From a virus, in the UHGV virus genome UHGV-0446651: DNA of 36,348 nucleotides. One strand, given 5' to 3'. Below, piece after piece: positions 22,094 to 31,057 of this stretch. Within the stretch, counting starts at the first letter, position 1; every line of letters begins with the position of its first letter. The notes under the pieces were generated by a model. It did not search any database and had not been told where the DNA came from. It worked only from the letters and a program-made list of their open reading frames with translations. Position numbers and translations under genes: made by a program.

Positions 22094-23300
22094 GTACATA
22101 ATAAACGCAACGCATAGATGGAATATCAAGTCTGGAGCGGTTCGTTCTGGAAAGTCTTATGTTGATACTGCTTATATCGTACCTAAAAGAATCAGAGAAA
22201 GAGCGGGAAAGCCCGGCTTGAATGTCATTATGGGAGTCTCTAAAGAATCCATTGAGCGAAACGTGCTCCAACCGATGAGAGAAATCTATACCAGTGATCT
22301 GATCGGGAACATTAACAATCGGAATGTTGCCAGAGTATGCGGCGAGGATGTCTATTGTCTCGGCGCGGAAAAGGTCAGCCAGGTTGCAAAGATACAGGGA
22401 GCATCCATCAAGTATTGTTACGGGGATGAGATTGCAAAGTGGAACAAAGAAGTCTTCCAGATGCTGAAATCCCGTCTTGATAAGACATATTCCTGCTTTG
22501 ATGGAGCTTGCAACCCGGAGAATCCTACACACTGGTTAAAGGAATTTATCGACAACAAAGAACTGGACATATACTTGCAGAAATACACGATTTTTGACAA
22601 TCCATTTCTTGATCCAGAATTTGTCAAGCAACTCTGCAAAGAATACGAGGGCACAGTTTACTACGACAGATTAATTCTCGGGCTCTGGAAGAGAGCAGAG
22701 GGAGCAATTTACCGAAAATTCGCAGATCATCCAGAAGAATTTATAAAAGAGCCGGCTGCATCAGATTTGACAGAAATTGTTATTGGTGTGGACTTTGGTG
22801 GCAATAAGTCTGGTCATTCGTTTGTAGCGAGAGGATATGACCGAGACAACAACGTGTACGGATTGAAGAGCGTCCGGCACATGAACAAGGATTTTAAAGA
22901 CGGGATTGACTCCAACATACTGAATGATCTGCTTATCAAATTCGTGGACGAGGTGCAAGACAAGTATGGAAAAGTTGATTTTATCTATTGGGACAATGCA
23001 GAGACTACGCTCGGCCAGAGTATCCGAAACGCTATGCTCAAAGCTCATCCGGCCACGATTGTAAGACCGGCCAAGAAAATCAAAATAAATGACAGAATAG
23101 AATGCGTCTTAAAGCTCATGGGAGCTGGGCGCTTTTTTATTACAAATGATTGCGAAACATTATCAACCGCATTGCAAGAGGCTGTGTGGGATGAAAAAGC
23201 GATGAAGGATGACCGACTGGATGACGGTAGTAGTGATATTGATACACTGGATGCATTTGAGTACACGATAGAACGTGATATTAAGATGCTGACAGAGTGA
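22062..23300 (+). CDS. terL: Terminase large subunit (PBSX/XtmB-type ATPase-nuclease).
   Basis: Walker A GAVRSGKSY. Conserved ...CYGDEIAKW... and C-terminal nuclease region with acidic residues. The ORF is 412 aa. Confidence 0.85.
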   Translation: MTMQLSKKQNEYIINATHRWNIKSGAVRSGKSYVDTAYIVPKRIRERAGKPGLNVIMGVSKESIERNVLQPMREIYTSDLIGNINNRNVARVCGEDVYCLGAEKVSQVAKIQGASIKYCYGDEIAKWNKEVFQMLKSRLDKTYSCFDGACNPENPTHWLKEFIDNKELDIYLQKYTIFDNPFLDPEFVKQLCKEYEGTVYYDRLILGLWKRAEGAIYRKFADHPEEFIKEPAASDLTEIVIGVDFGGNKSGHSFVARGYDRDNNVYGLKSVRHMNKDFKDGIDSNILNDLLIKFVDEVQDKYGKVDFIYWDNAETTLGQSIRNAMLKAHPATIVRPAKKIKINDRIECVLKLMGAGRFFITNDCETLSTALQEAVWDEKAMKDDRLDDGSSDIDTLDAFEYTIERDIKMLTE

Positions 23301-23308
23301 GGTGCAAG

Positions 23309-24643
23309 ATGTTTAAGTTTATTAACAAGGTTATTACAGGAGTGTTTAACATGATAAGCAGGACAACGATGAAGCAGGTGTTGAGAGAATCTCCTGCAAT
23401 TACAAGCACGATGGTGCAAAAAATAAATGAATGGAACAGTATGCTGTCCGGGAATGCAGACTGGTGCAAAGATTATGTAACATCCCTAAAAATCGAGCAG
23501 GGGATATGCAGAGAGTTTACGGATGTAGTTTTGTCAGAAATGGAAATTAAAATCTCAAATGACAAGCTCCTGAAGCTGTTTGAGAGCACCACAGAGAGCC
23601 TGAACGAGAACTTGCAGGACGGCCTAGGGCTTGGTTCTTTTTGTTTAAAACCGCTTGGAAATGGACAAGCGGAGTTTGTAACAGCAGACAAGTTTATCCC
23701 TGTAAGCTTCGGAAATGATGAGAAGCCGAACGATATCGTCTTTCTGGACTTCCGAGATATTGACGATTCCAAGTACTATGTACGATTGGAGCGGCACAGC
23801 ATAAAAAACGGATTTCTTGAGATTACAAACGAGGCCTATAGCTCGTATAGCAGATATGGATTTGACCGTAAAATCCCGTTGGAAAGCCTAGAAGCATGGA
23901 CGGGACTCCCGGAGCACGTAGCATATCTGGGAGTGAAAGAAATGGATTTTGGATATTACCGGAATCCGATCAAGAACAGGATTGATGACACGCCTTGTGG
24001 TGTGTCTATTTTTGATTGTGCGATCGATTTGATCAGGAAAGCGGACGTGCAGAGCGCGAGAATAGACTGGGAGTTTGAGTCTGGTGAGAGGGCGATTCAT
24101 GTGGATGCTGCGGCTATCAAGCGAGAGCCAGACGGACAGAACGGTATAGCGGAATTAAATAAAAAATTGTATCGAGGGATTGATGGCGAAGAGGGATTTT
24201 TTAAAGAATTTTCGCCGGAGCTTAGAGACCAGAACTTGATTAACGGTCTAGAGAACTACTTTAGACAGATCGAGTTTGTAGTTGGCCTTGCGTTCGGGGA
24301 CTTAAGCAATCCGCAGAGCGTGGATAAGACAGCCACAGAGGTTAAGGCATCAAAAAACCGGAAATACAATCGTGTTAAAGCAATCCAAGATAACTTACGA
24401 GATTGCTTAGAGGATTTTGTGAGAGGTCTGGCGTTCCACGAGGGGATGCTCCATTCCGGATATGAGTTTATCTGCAGTTTTAAAGACTCAATTCTGACAG
24501 ATGAGGAAACGGATCGCCAGTTGATGCTAAATGAGATAGCGGCCGGAATTAGATCGCACTGGGAATACAGGGTGCGATTCCTTGGAGAGGATGAAGAGAC
24601 TGCAAAGGCGAATGTGCCGGATCAAGGTGGAGTAATGGAGTGA
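23309..24643 (+). CDS. Portal protein (SPP1 gp6-like).
   Basis: Size and position after terL. ATG at 23309 with RBS GAGGTG; the track ORF starts at 23297. Confidence 0.75.
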   Translation: MFKFINKVITGVFNMISRTTMKQVLRESPAITSTMVQKINEWNSMLSGNADWCKDYVTSLKIEQGICREFTDVVLSEMEIKISNDKLLKLFESTTESLNENLQDGLGLGSFCLKPLGNGQAEFVTADKFIPVSFGNDEKPNDIVFLDFRDIDDSKYYVRLERHSIKNGFLEITNEAYSSYSRYGFDRKIPLESLEAWTGLPEHVAYLGVKEMDFGYYRNPIKNRIDDTPCGVSIFDCAIDLIRKADVQSARIDWEFESGERAIHVDAAAIKREPDGQNGIAELNKKLYRGIDGEEGFFKEFSPELRDQNLINGLENYFRQIEFVVGLAFGDLSNPQSVDKTATEVKASKNRKYNRVKAIQDNLRDCLEDFVRGLAFHEGMLHSGYEFICSFKDSILTDEETDRQLMLNEIAAGIRSHWEYRVRFLGEDEETAKANVPDQGGVME

Positions 24644-24649
24644 TAGGTG

Positions 24650-25807
24650 ATGAGCAAGCCAGATGTCGAAAAAATGTCTCTTAGGATGGAATCTATATGG
24701 ATGGTTGCTGAGAACCGAATCATACAGGATATTGTTCGCAGAATCAGAAAGGCCGGAAAGATCACATCCACTGCCGATTACCAGATTAACAGGCTGGCGG
24801 AGATGGGAAAGAGCACAGAGGAGGTAGAAAAAATCCTAAAAGATGCTCTGAAAGCCACATACCCGGAGATGTTTAAACTCTACGATGAGATAGCAGAGTG
24901 GCAGTACGTAAGAGATAAGAACCTGTACGAGCAGATTAACCGGGAATTTATTCCGGAAGAGGAAAACGAACAGCTCAAACAGGTGTCGCAGGCTGTCAGA
25001 AAGCAGACGCAGGACGAGCTGCAGAACCTTGCAAGATCTTATGGATTCTCGGTCTTAATGGGAAACCGCCGCGTATTCATGCCATTTTCGGAGTACTATC
25101 AGAGATATGTGGACATGGCAATCACAGATGTGCTGAGTGGTGCATTTGATTACAACACAGTCATCCGGAGAGTTGTCACGCAGATGACAAACAGTGGGTT
25201 AAGGACTGTAGATTATGCCACCGGATACAGTAACAGAGTGCATGTAGCAGTCCACAGAAGCGTATTAACTGGAGTATCGCAGATCACAGGAGAACTGAAC
25301 AAGATTAACGCCGAGAAACTGGGTACAAATTATTACGAGGTTGACTGGCATCCGGGAGCCAGACCGGAACACCGCAAGTGGCAGGGAAAAGTATACAGCA
25401 AAGAAGAACTGGTGTCTGTGTGCGGCCTTGGAACTGCTACTGGCCTACAAGGAGCTAACTGCTACCACGATTATTACCTATTTGTAAAAGGTGCGTCTGA
25501 ACGGCAGTGGTCGGATGAATGGTTGAGAAAGCAGAATGCCATAGAAAGCAAAACAAAGAGGTGGCAAGGCAAAGAGTTGGATGCCTATGGAATCACGCAG
25601 CAACAGCGGAAGATGGAAACTGCAATGAGGGCGCAGCGGTCTAAGATCGTGGCACTAAAGACTGCCAGAGCGGATGCGGATCAGATCTTAACCATGAGAG
25701 TTAAATACAGGGCACAGTTGTACGAGTACACCAAATTCTGCAGGCGAATGGGCGTAGAGCAACAAAGAGAACGGATATACATGGATATGTTAGGAAGAGT
25801 CGCATAG
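24650..25807 (+). CDS. Minor head (head morphogenesis) protein, Mu F / SPP1 gp7 family.
   Basis: ...DWHPGARPEHRKWQGKVYS...CHHDYY... is typical of the family. Follows the portal. Confidence 0.75.
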   Translation: MSKPDVEKMSLRMESIWMVAENRIIQDIVRRIRKAGKITSTADYQINRLAEMGKSTEEVEKILKDALKATYPEMFKLYDEIAEWQYVRDKNLYEQINREFIPEEENEQLKQVSQAVRKQTQDELQNLARSYGFSVLMGNRRVFMPFSEYYQRYVDMAITDVLSGAFDYNTVIRRVVTQMTNSGLRTVDYATGYSNRVHVAVHRSVLTGVSQITGELNKINAEKLGTNYYEVDWHPGARPEHRKWQGKVYSKEELVSVCGLGTATGLQGANCYHDYYLFVKGASERQWSDEWLRKQNAIESKTKRWQGKELDAYGITQQQRKMETAMRAQRSKIVALKTARADADQILTMRVKYRAQLYEYTKFCRRMGVEQQRERIYMDMLGRVA

Positions 25808-25909
25808 GCGGCTCTTTTGTTTTGTCCTGCCAAAAGACGAGAAACTGGGTACTGACTTGAGACATGTGGTGCGACCACGAGAAAAAGCGAAGCGAAAGGA
25901 AGATGAAGC

Positions 25910-26458
25910 ATGAAAAGAGAGTTTTTAGAAGAAATGGGATTGGAAAAAGAACAGATCAACAAGATTCTGGATGCCAATTCCGCAGATGTCGGAAAAGCAA
26001 TGAGAGATTACGACAACATCAAATCTGAGCTTGATACGACAAAACAGCAGCTTGCAGACGCAAACACGGCTATTGAGGGATTCGGAGATTACGAAGAAAT
26101 CAAAGGGCAGGTAGCTGATTACAAGCAGAAATATGAAGCATCAGAAGCGGAGAAAGTGCAGATTAAACAGGATTATGAGTTTAATGGAAAACTTGAATCA
26201 GCAGCGAAAAAACATGGTGCAAGAGCATTAAAAGCAGTGCTCCCGTTCCTAAAAACGGATGATCTGAAAGCGTCTAAAAATCAGGATACGGACATTGAGA
26301 ACGCTTTTAAAGAGCTGAAAGAGAATGAAGAAAGCAAGTTCCTGTTTGCAGACGATGAACCGATTAAGAATCCGGTGCTTGGCGGTGGAACAGAGAAGCC
26401 GGGTGCTTTTGATGCCGTAGCAGCTGCTATGGGGCTCACAGAAAAAGATTTTAAATGA
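25910..26458 (+). CDS. Scaffolding protein (GP20-like).
   Basis: Acidic coiled-coil protein of 182 aa immediately upstream of the major capsid gene. RBS GAAAGGAAG. Confidence 0.65.
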   Translation: MKREFLEEMGLEKEQINKILDANSADVGKAMRDYDNIKSELDTTKQQLADANTAIEGFGDYEEIKGQVADYKQKYEASEAEKVQIKQDYEFNGKLESAAKKHGARALKAVLPFLKTDDLKASKNQDTDIENAFKELKENEESKFLFADDEPIKNPVLGGGTEKPGAFDAVAAAMGLTEKDFK

Positions 26459-26472
26459 TAAGGAGATAATAT

Positions 26473-27330
26473 ATGGCAAATTCAATCGAACTCAGAAAAC
26501 AGTATTCCACGATGCTTGACCTTGTGTATAAGAAAAGCTCACTCACATCTATTCTGGATGGTCCGAGCAATCTGATCCGCGAGGGAGCAAACGCGAATGA
26601 AATTTTAATTCCGAAAATGTCCATGCAGGGACTCGCAAATTATGACAAGTCTGCAGGATATGTAAACGGTGATGTAACTCTCGATTACGAGACTGTTAAA
26701 TGCACTTATGACAGAGGGCGCAAATTTAACATCGATGCAATGGACAACATTGAGAGCGCTGACATTGCATTCGGACGTCTCGCTGGCGAATTCATCCGTA
26801 CACAGGTCGTTCCGGAGCTGGACGCATGGAGGTTTTCGCAGTACGCACAGATTTCCGGTATCACAACTGCAAGCGGTGCGCTTGCGGATGGTAAAGCCAC
26901 ACTTGCAGCATTAAGAGCAGCGAGAAACGCGATCGAAGATGCGGAGGGAGATGTGTCTACATGCTATCTGTTTATTAACCCGGCGCTCGTTGGCATGGTT
27001 GAAGATCTGGATACAACTGCATCTAAGAGAGCGCTTGAAGGATGGGCTGGTATCGTCAGAGTTCCATCCGCAAGATTCTATACAAAGATCGACTTGACCG
27101 CGGGCGGTGCCGGAGGTTTCGCGAAAAATGCAGAGGGAAAAGCGATTAACTTTATGGCAATCGACAGAAACTCTGCTATCCAGTACCAGAAACACACTGT
27201 TCCGAAGACTATTTCTCCGGAACAGAACCAGTCTGCTGATGCTTATATGTACGCATACAGAACGGTTGGAATGTGTGATGCCTACGAAAATAAAGTAAAA
27301 GGAATTTACTGTCATCACGTGGGGGAATAG
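26473..27330 (+). CDS. Major capsid protein.
   Basis: A 285-aa protein after the scaffold, with strong RBS TAAGGAGATAATAT. A GC-rich stem-loop follows the stop, typical of a highly expressed capsid gene. Confidence 0.7.
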   Translation: MANSIELRKQYSTMLDLVYKKSSLTSILDGPSNLIREGANANEILIPKMSMQGLANYDKSAGYVNGDVTLDYETVKCTYDRGRKFNIDAMDNIESADIAFGRLAGEFIRTQVVPELDAWRFSQYAQISGITTASGALADGKATLAALRAARNAIEDAEGDVSTCYLFINPALVGMVEDLDTTASKRALEGWAGIVRVPSARFYTKIDLTAGGAGGFAKNAEGKAINFMAIDRNSAIQYQKHTVPKTISPEQNQSADAYMYAYRTVGMCDAYENKVKGIYCHHVGE

Positions 27331-27413
27331 CACCCCCTGAAGACCTCGCCTTGGTAGGCAGGGGGAAAGTCGGAAAGGCAAAAGTGGGTAAAGCGAAATA
27401 GGAGGTATGAGTT

Positions 27414-27806
27414 ATGGCATATACACCAACGACATGGAATAATGATGACGTTATTACAGCGGAGAAACTGAATAAGTTAGAGCAGGGCGTGAAGAACGAG
27501 CAGGCAGGACCAGCAGGACCAGCAGGAGCAGTAGGACCAGCAGGACCAGCAGGAGCAAAAGGCGAAAAAGGCGAAAAAGGCGAACCAGGAGTAGCAGGAC
27601 CGAAAGGAGACAAGGGAGAGCAAGGCGCACAGGGACCTGCGGGACCAAGTTACACTCTTCCAGCGGCGAACAAAACAACGCTTGGCGGCGTGAAACAGAT
27701 GGCTTTGATTGCAGATTTGTCCACAGAAACAGCGACTGACCTGAAAAATAAAATCAATGCGATTCTTGCGGAGATGAAAAAACAGGGGATTATGGCGAAT
27801 CAGTAA
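27414..27806 (+). CDS. Collagen-like repeat protein (130 aa; 18 consecutive Gly-X-Y triplets). Probable head fiber or decoration protein.
   Basis: [48 protein letters not shown]. Encoded by tandem nucleotide repeats at about 27495-27650. Sits immediately after the major capsid gene. Confidence 0.65.
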   Translation: MAYTPTTWNNDDVITAEKLNKLEQGVKNEQAGPAGPAGAVGPAGPAGAKGEKGEKGEPGVAGPKGDKGEQGAQGPAGPSYTLPAANKTTLGGVKQMALIADLSTETATDLKNKINAILAEMKKQGIMANQ

Positions 27807-27815
27807 GGAGTACAC

Positions 27816-28187
27816 ATGTTAGTAGATTACAAATACTACATTGAGGACTTTGGTGGAGAGAAAATCTCCACTGAGTCCGCGTTTAAAAAGACTCGTGATC
27901 TTGCAGATGTTTATATGGATGATTTCACATCCGGAAGAGCAGAAAGCGACACGGAAAATGAGCACCGTATCAAATCGTGTCTTTGTGAGATGTGCGATGT
28001 CATCTATAATTCGACAGTAAATGATGGAAAGATCGTAAAATCCGAAAATACAGACGGGTACTCTGTGTCTTATGTGACAGAGTGTGTTGACGGACAGGAT
28101 GCAAATAAAGTACTTGAATCCAAGCTGTACCGGATTGCGAAAACATATCTTGGCAATACTGGATTGCTTTATCGAGGGATATGTTAA
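27816..28187 (+). CDS. Head-tail connector / adaptor protein (positional call).
   Basis: RBS AAGGAG. First of four small genes between the capsid and major tail genes. Confidence 0.45.
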   Translation: MLVDYKYYIEDFGGEKISTESAFKKTRDLADVYMDDFTSGRAESDTENEHRIKSCLCEMCDVIYNSTVNDGKIVKSENTDGYSVSYVTECVDGQDANKVLESKLYRIAKTYLGNTGLLYRGIC

Positions 28188-28516
28188 CGAACACAGATGT
28201 TACACTGTACAGCCGAAAATACAACCCGTCTACTCGGCTGGATGAGTGGGAGCGAACTTATATACCTGAGGTATGGTGGTACAAAAATGAAAAGTCGCAG
28301 ATCACGACAGATGGATTAAAGCAAGCAGACACCTACACGGTCAGAATCCCGGATACGAACATAGAAATCAAGAAAGACGATTACCTTGTAAAAGGCGATT
28401 GCAAGGTTGACATGCAGACGATTAAGGACTTGGACGGGCTGGACAAGGCTAGAATTACATCTGCAAACTACAATACTTTTGGCGGCAATCCTCATATTAA
28501 GGTGGTGGGAGTGTAA
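28181..28516 (+). CDS. Head closure / neck protein (positional call).
   Basis: RBS GAGGGA. Overlaps its neighbours. Confidence 0.4.
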   Translation: MLTNTDVTLYSRKYNPSTRLDEWERTYIPEVWWYKNEKSQITTDGLKQADTYTVRIPDTNIEIKKDDYLVKGDCKVDMQTIKDLDGLDKARITSANYNTFGGNPHIKVVGV

Positions 28517-28917
28517 TGGCAAAAGGAAAGAAGAAATTTAAGATCGAGACACCGAGAGGTAAGATATCAACTTACACGATTTCCAAGGGAGATTTGAAAG
28601 GAAGGACAATAGCGAGACTCGACTGGAATCCGAACTTTAAACCGAATATGGAATCTGGGTTCGCAAGCGCACAGGAGTTTGTTGATTCTGAATGCATCCG
28701 GCGTATGAACCCGGAGACTCCAAGACGGACAGGTGTGCTTGTTAAGTCAGCAACCCTCGGCACCGTAATTGGAAGTGGTGAGATCAACCAGATTGCACCT
28801 TATGCACGTAGACAATATTATGAGCATAAGGAAAAATCACGATGGTTTGAGCGAATGAAAAATCGTCACAAAGACTCTATCCTGAAAGGAGCGGCGAAGT
28901 ATGTCAAATCTAATTGA
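28516..28917 (+). CDS. Neck / tail-completion protein (positional call; HK97 gp10-like size).
   Basis: RBS AAGGTGGTGGGA precedes the ATG. Confidence 0.4.
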   Translation: MAKGKKKFKIETPRGKISTYTISKGDLKGRTIARLDWNPNFKPNMESGFASAQEFVDSECIRRMNPETPRRTGVLVKSATLGTVIGSGEINQIAPYARRQYYEHKEKSRWFERMKNRHKDSILKGAAKYVKSN

Positions 28918-29320
28918 CAGCGTAAGATCATATATTCTCACATGCCCATTTCTGAGTGATGGTCGTGTAAATGTGGACTATATCGGAACGGATATGGGGT
29001 ATTCTGTTGACCCTCTCCCTTGCGACCCGATCATGCAGAGATACATGGACGGTGGGGCGAAGAAGCAGTTCCAATTCGCATTTACAAGCCAAGAAGAATA
29101 TGACCAAGACGCGCGAATTAACATTGAAAACAGCGGATTCTTTCAAAGCTTTGAGGAGTGGTTGGAACAGCAGAGTTTCAACGGCAACCTACCAAAACTC
29201 GAAGAAAAGAAGAACCCAATATCAATCGAAACTTTAAACAGCGGTTACTTGTACGATATGAACGGTGAAAACGCAAAGTATCGTATTGAGTGCCGCTTAA
29301 TTTATACGCAGGAGGTATAA
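28901..29320 (+). CDS. Tail terminator-like protein (positional call).
   Basis: RBS AAAGGAG. Immediately precedes the major tail protein gene. Confidence 0.4.
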   Translation: MSNLIDSVRSYILTCPFLSDGRVNVDYIGTDMGYSVDPLPCDPIMQRYMDGGAKKQFQFAFTSQEEYDQDARINIENSGFFQSFEEWLEQQSFNGNLPKLEEKKNPISIETLNSGYLYDMNGENAKYRIECRLIYTQEV

Positions 29321-29322
29321 GT

Positions 29323-29847
29323 ATGGCAGTAGCAGCACCAAAATTAGTCGGCAGACATTTGCGTGTGGCATTCATGAACACGGATGCGACGGGTAGTTCG
29401 CCGAAATACGAAAGAATGACAAATTTTACCGCAATGACAAACGGGAAAAACCCGAAAGAGTACTCCAGACAGTACGTGGATGAAAGCACGGAGAGATCAG
29501 ATGTAGTTGGATATGCTCCGGCTACAGAGTACTCTTTTGATATGTATGCAGGGAATCCTGTACATGAGCGAATTGCAAAAATCCATGACAGTGAGAAAGT
29601 TGCGGATGATGCACATGTGGAAGTGGTCACGGTGGATTTTTACAAAAAGAACGCGAAAGGTGACAAGTGTTACGCAACAAAGAGAACTTACGCAGTTATC
29701 CCAGATTCTGACGGAGATGGAACGGACGCATTAGTTTATAGCGGATCACTGAAAGCTGTGTCCGACATCGAAGAGGGATATGTTACAGAGACTGATATTA
29801 CATCCAAGACAGTTACTTACGCCAAGGGAGATTACATGGGGGAGTAG
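29323..29847 (+). CDS. Major tail (tube) protein.
   Basis: ATG at 29323 with AGGAGG 7 nt upstream; the track ORF starts at 29290. Position before the chaperones and tape measure. Confidence 0.65.
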   Translation: MAVAAPKLVGRHLRVAFMNTDATGSSPKYERMTNFTAMTNGKNPKEYSRQYVDESTERSDVVGYAPATEYSFDMYAGNPVHERIAKIHDSEKVADDAHVEVVTVDFYKKNAKGDKCYATKRTYAVIPDSDGDGTDALVYSGSLKAVSDIEEGYVTETDITSKTVTYAKGDYMGE

Positions 29848-29902
29848 CTGCCGCCGATTTTAAGACGGTAAAAAATACGAGAAAGAATAGGAGAGTGAGC
29901 CG

Positions 29903-30268
29903 ATGAGCCAGTGGAAATGGAACGATGTAGAACTTGAAATAGATATGGATGACGTAGAGTTTTTGGAAAGATACGAAAAAGTATTTGAAAGCATTGAGCC
30001 GAGAGAGAAGAACCTTGAAAAGGTTGGGAAGATATCGGAAATAACAAGGGAATATTGTTTGCTATTTTATGATATTTTTGACGGAATTTTTGGAGAAGGC
30101 ACTTCTGAAAAACTTTTTGACGGCAAGATGAATTTGAGAGTTTGCGAAGAGTGCTATGATTCGTTCATTGCTGTATGTGAAAAAGAAATCAATGCCGTAA
30201 ACAAGAGAAGAAATTCTGTTGTTAGCAAATATACTCCGAATAGAGCTCAGAGACGTGCAAAGAAATAA
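29903..30268 (+). CDS. Tail assembly chaperone (G-like).
   Basis: Acidic 121-aa protein between the tail tube and tape measure genes. RBS AATAGGAGAGTGAGCCG. Confidence 0.65.
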   Translation: MSQWKWNDVELEIDMDDVEFLERYEKVFESIEPREKNLEKVGKISEITREYCLLFYDIFDGIFGEGTSEKLFDGKMNLRVCEECYDSFIAVCEKEINAVNKRRNSVVSKYTPNRAQRRAKK

Positions 30269-30269
30269 C

Positions 30270-30842
30270 ATGAATTTTTTCTATGAAGAGTTACCGAACA
30301 CGGTAAATGTGAAAGGTGAAAACATCAAGGTTATTACGGATTTCCGTGAATACATCAGGCTTTTGGACATGTTAAAAGACCAAGAGCTTGATGCTCTTCA
30401 AAAATTCGCGATCATACAGCAGTATTTTCTTGATGACGTAGTCGCAGACGAAGAAGCTATAAGCGCATTGTCCTGCTTTATAACGATGGATGCAAATTGC
30501 GCAGAGGTTGCGGAGACAGGTGATTGTGGGAGACCACAAGAAAAGCCGAAGAAAAATTTGTTCTCGTACTCCATTGATTATCCGTATATATTATCCGGCT
30601 TTCTCAGGGATTATGGGATTGATTTAATCGACATTAAATATATGCACTGGTGGAAATTCCGGATGCTTTTCGATGGCCTGTCTGATGATACAGAAATCAA
30701 GCAGCGAATAATGTACCGCAGTGTTGATTTATCGGAAATTAAAGACAAGGAAGAGAGAAAGCGAATTAAAAAGATTCAAAAATCGATTCAATTACCGTCT
30801 GAAAGCCTGACTGATTATGATATCGGAAATGCTTTTATGTGA
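30270..30842 (+). CDS. Tail assembly chaperone T-part (Gp15-like). Probably expressed as a G-T fusion by a +1 frameshift near the G stop.
   Basis: ORF in the +1 frame overlapping G by 50 nt (30219..30268). No convincing RBS at its first ATG. Conserved G/GT arrangement upstream of the tape measure. Confidence 0.55.
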   Translation: MNFFYEELPNTVNVKGENIKVITDFREYIRLLDMLKDQELDALQKFAIIQQYFLDDVVADEEAISALSCFITMDANCAEVAETGDCGRPQEKPKKNLFSYSIDYPYILSGFLRDYGIDLIDIKYMHWWKFRMLFDGLSDDTEIKQRIMYRSVDLSEIKDKEERKRIKKIQKSIQLPSESLTDYDIGNAFM

Positions 30843-30850
30843 GGTGACAG

Positions 30851-31006
30851 ATGAGTTGTAAAATTAAAAAACCATCACTTGAGAGAAAGTGGTATAAGTG
30901 TCCTTTTTGCGGGTGCAAGCTATTGATTTATAACAACAATTCCGTTTGCACCAATGCATTTATCAAGTGCCGGACGTGCAAAAAAGAAGTAGAGATTAAG
31001 ATTTAA
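30851..31006 (+). CDS. Com-like zinc-ribbon mini-protein (51 aa; CPFCGC ... CRTC).
   Basis: RBS GAGGTGA lies 5 nt before the ATG. The peptide MSCKIKKPSLERKWYKCPFCGCKLLIYNNNSVCTNAFIKCRTCKKEVEIKI resembles the Mu Com zinc-ribbon architecture. Confidence 0.45.
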   Translation: MSCKIKKPSLERKWYKCPFCGCKLLIYNNNSVCTNAFIKCRTCKKEVEIKI

Positions 31007-31057
31007 GCACTTTAAATTGAGCCATTGAGCCTGTGCTATCCATAAAGGAGGGATAGT

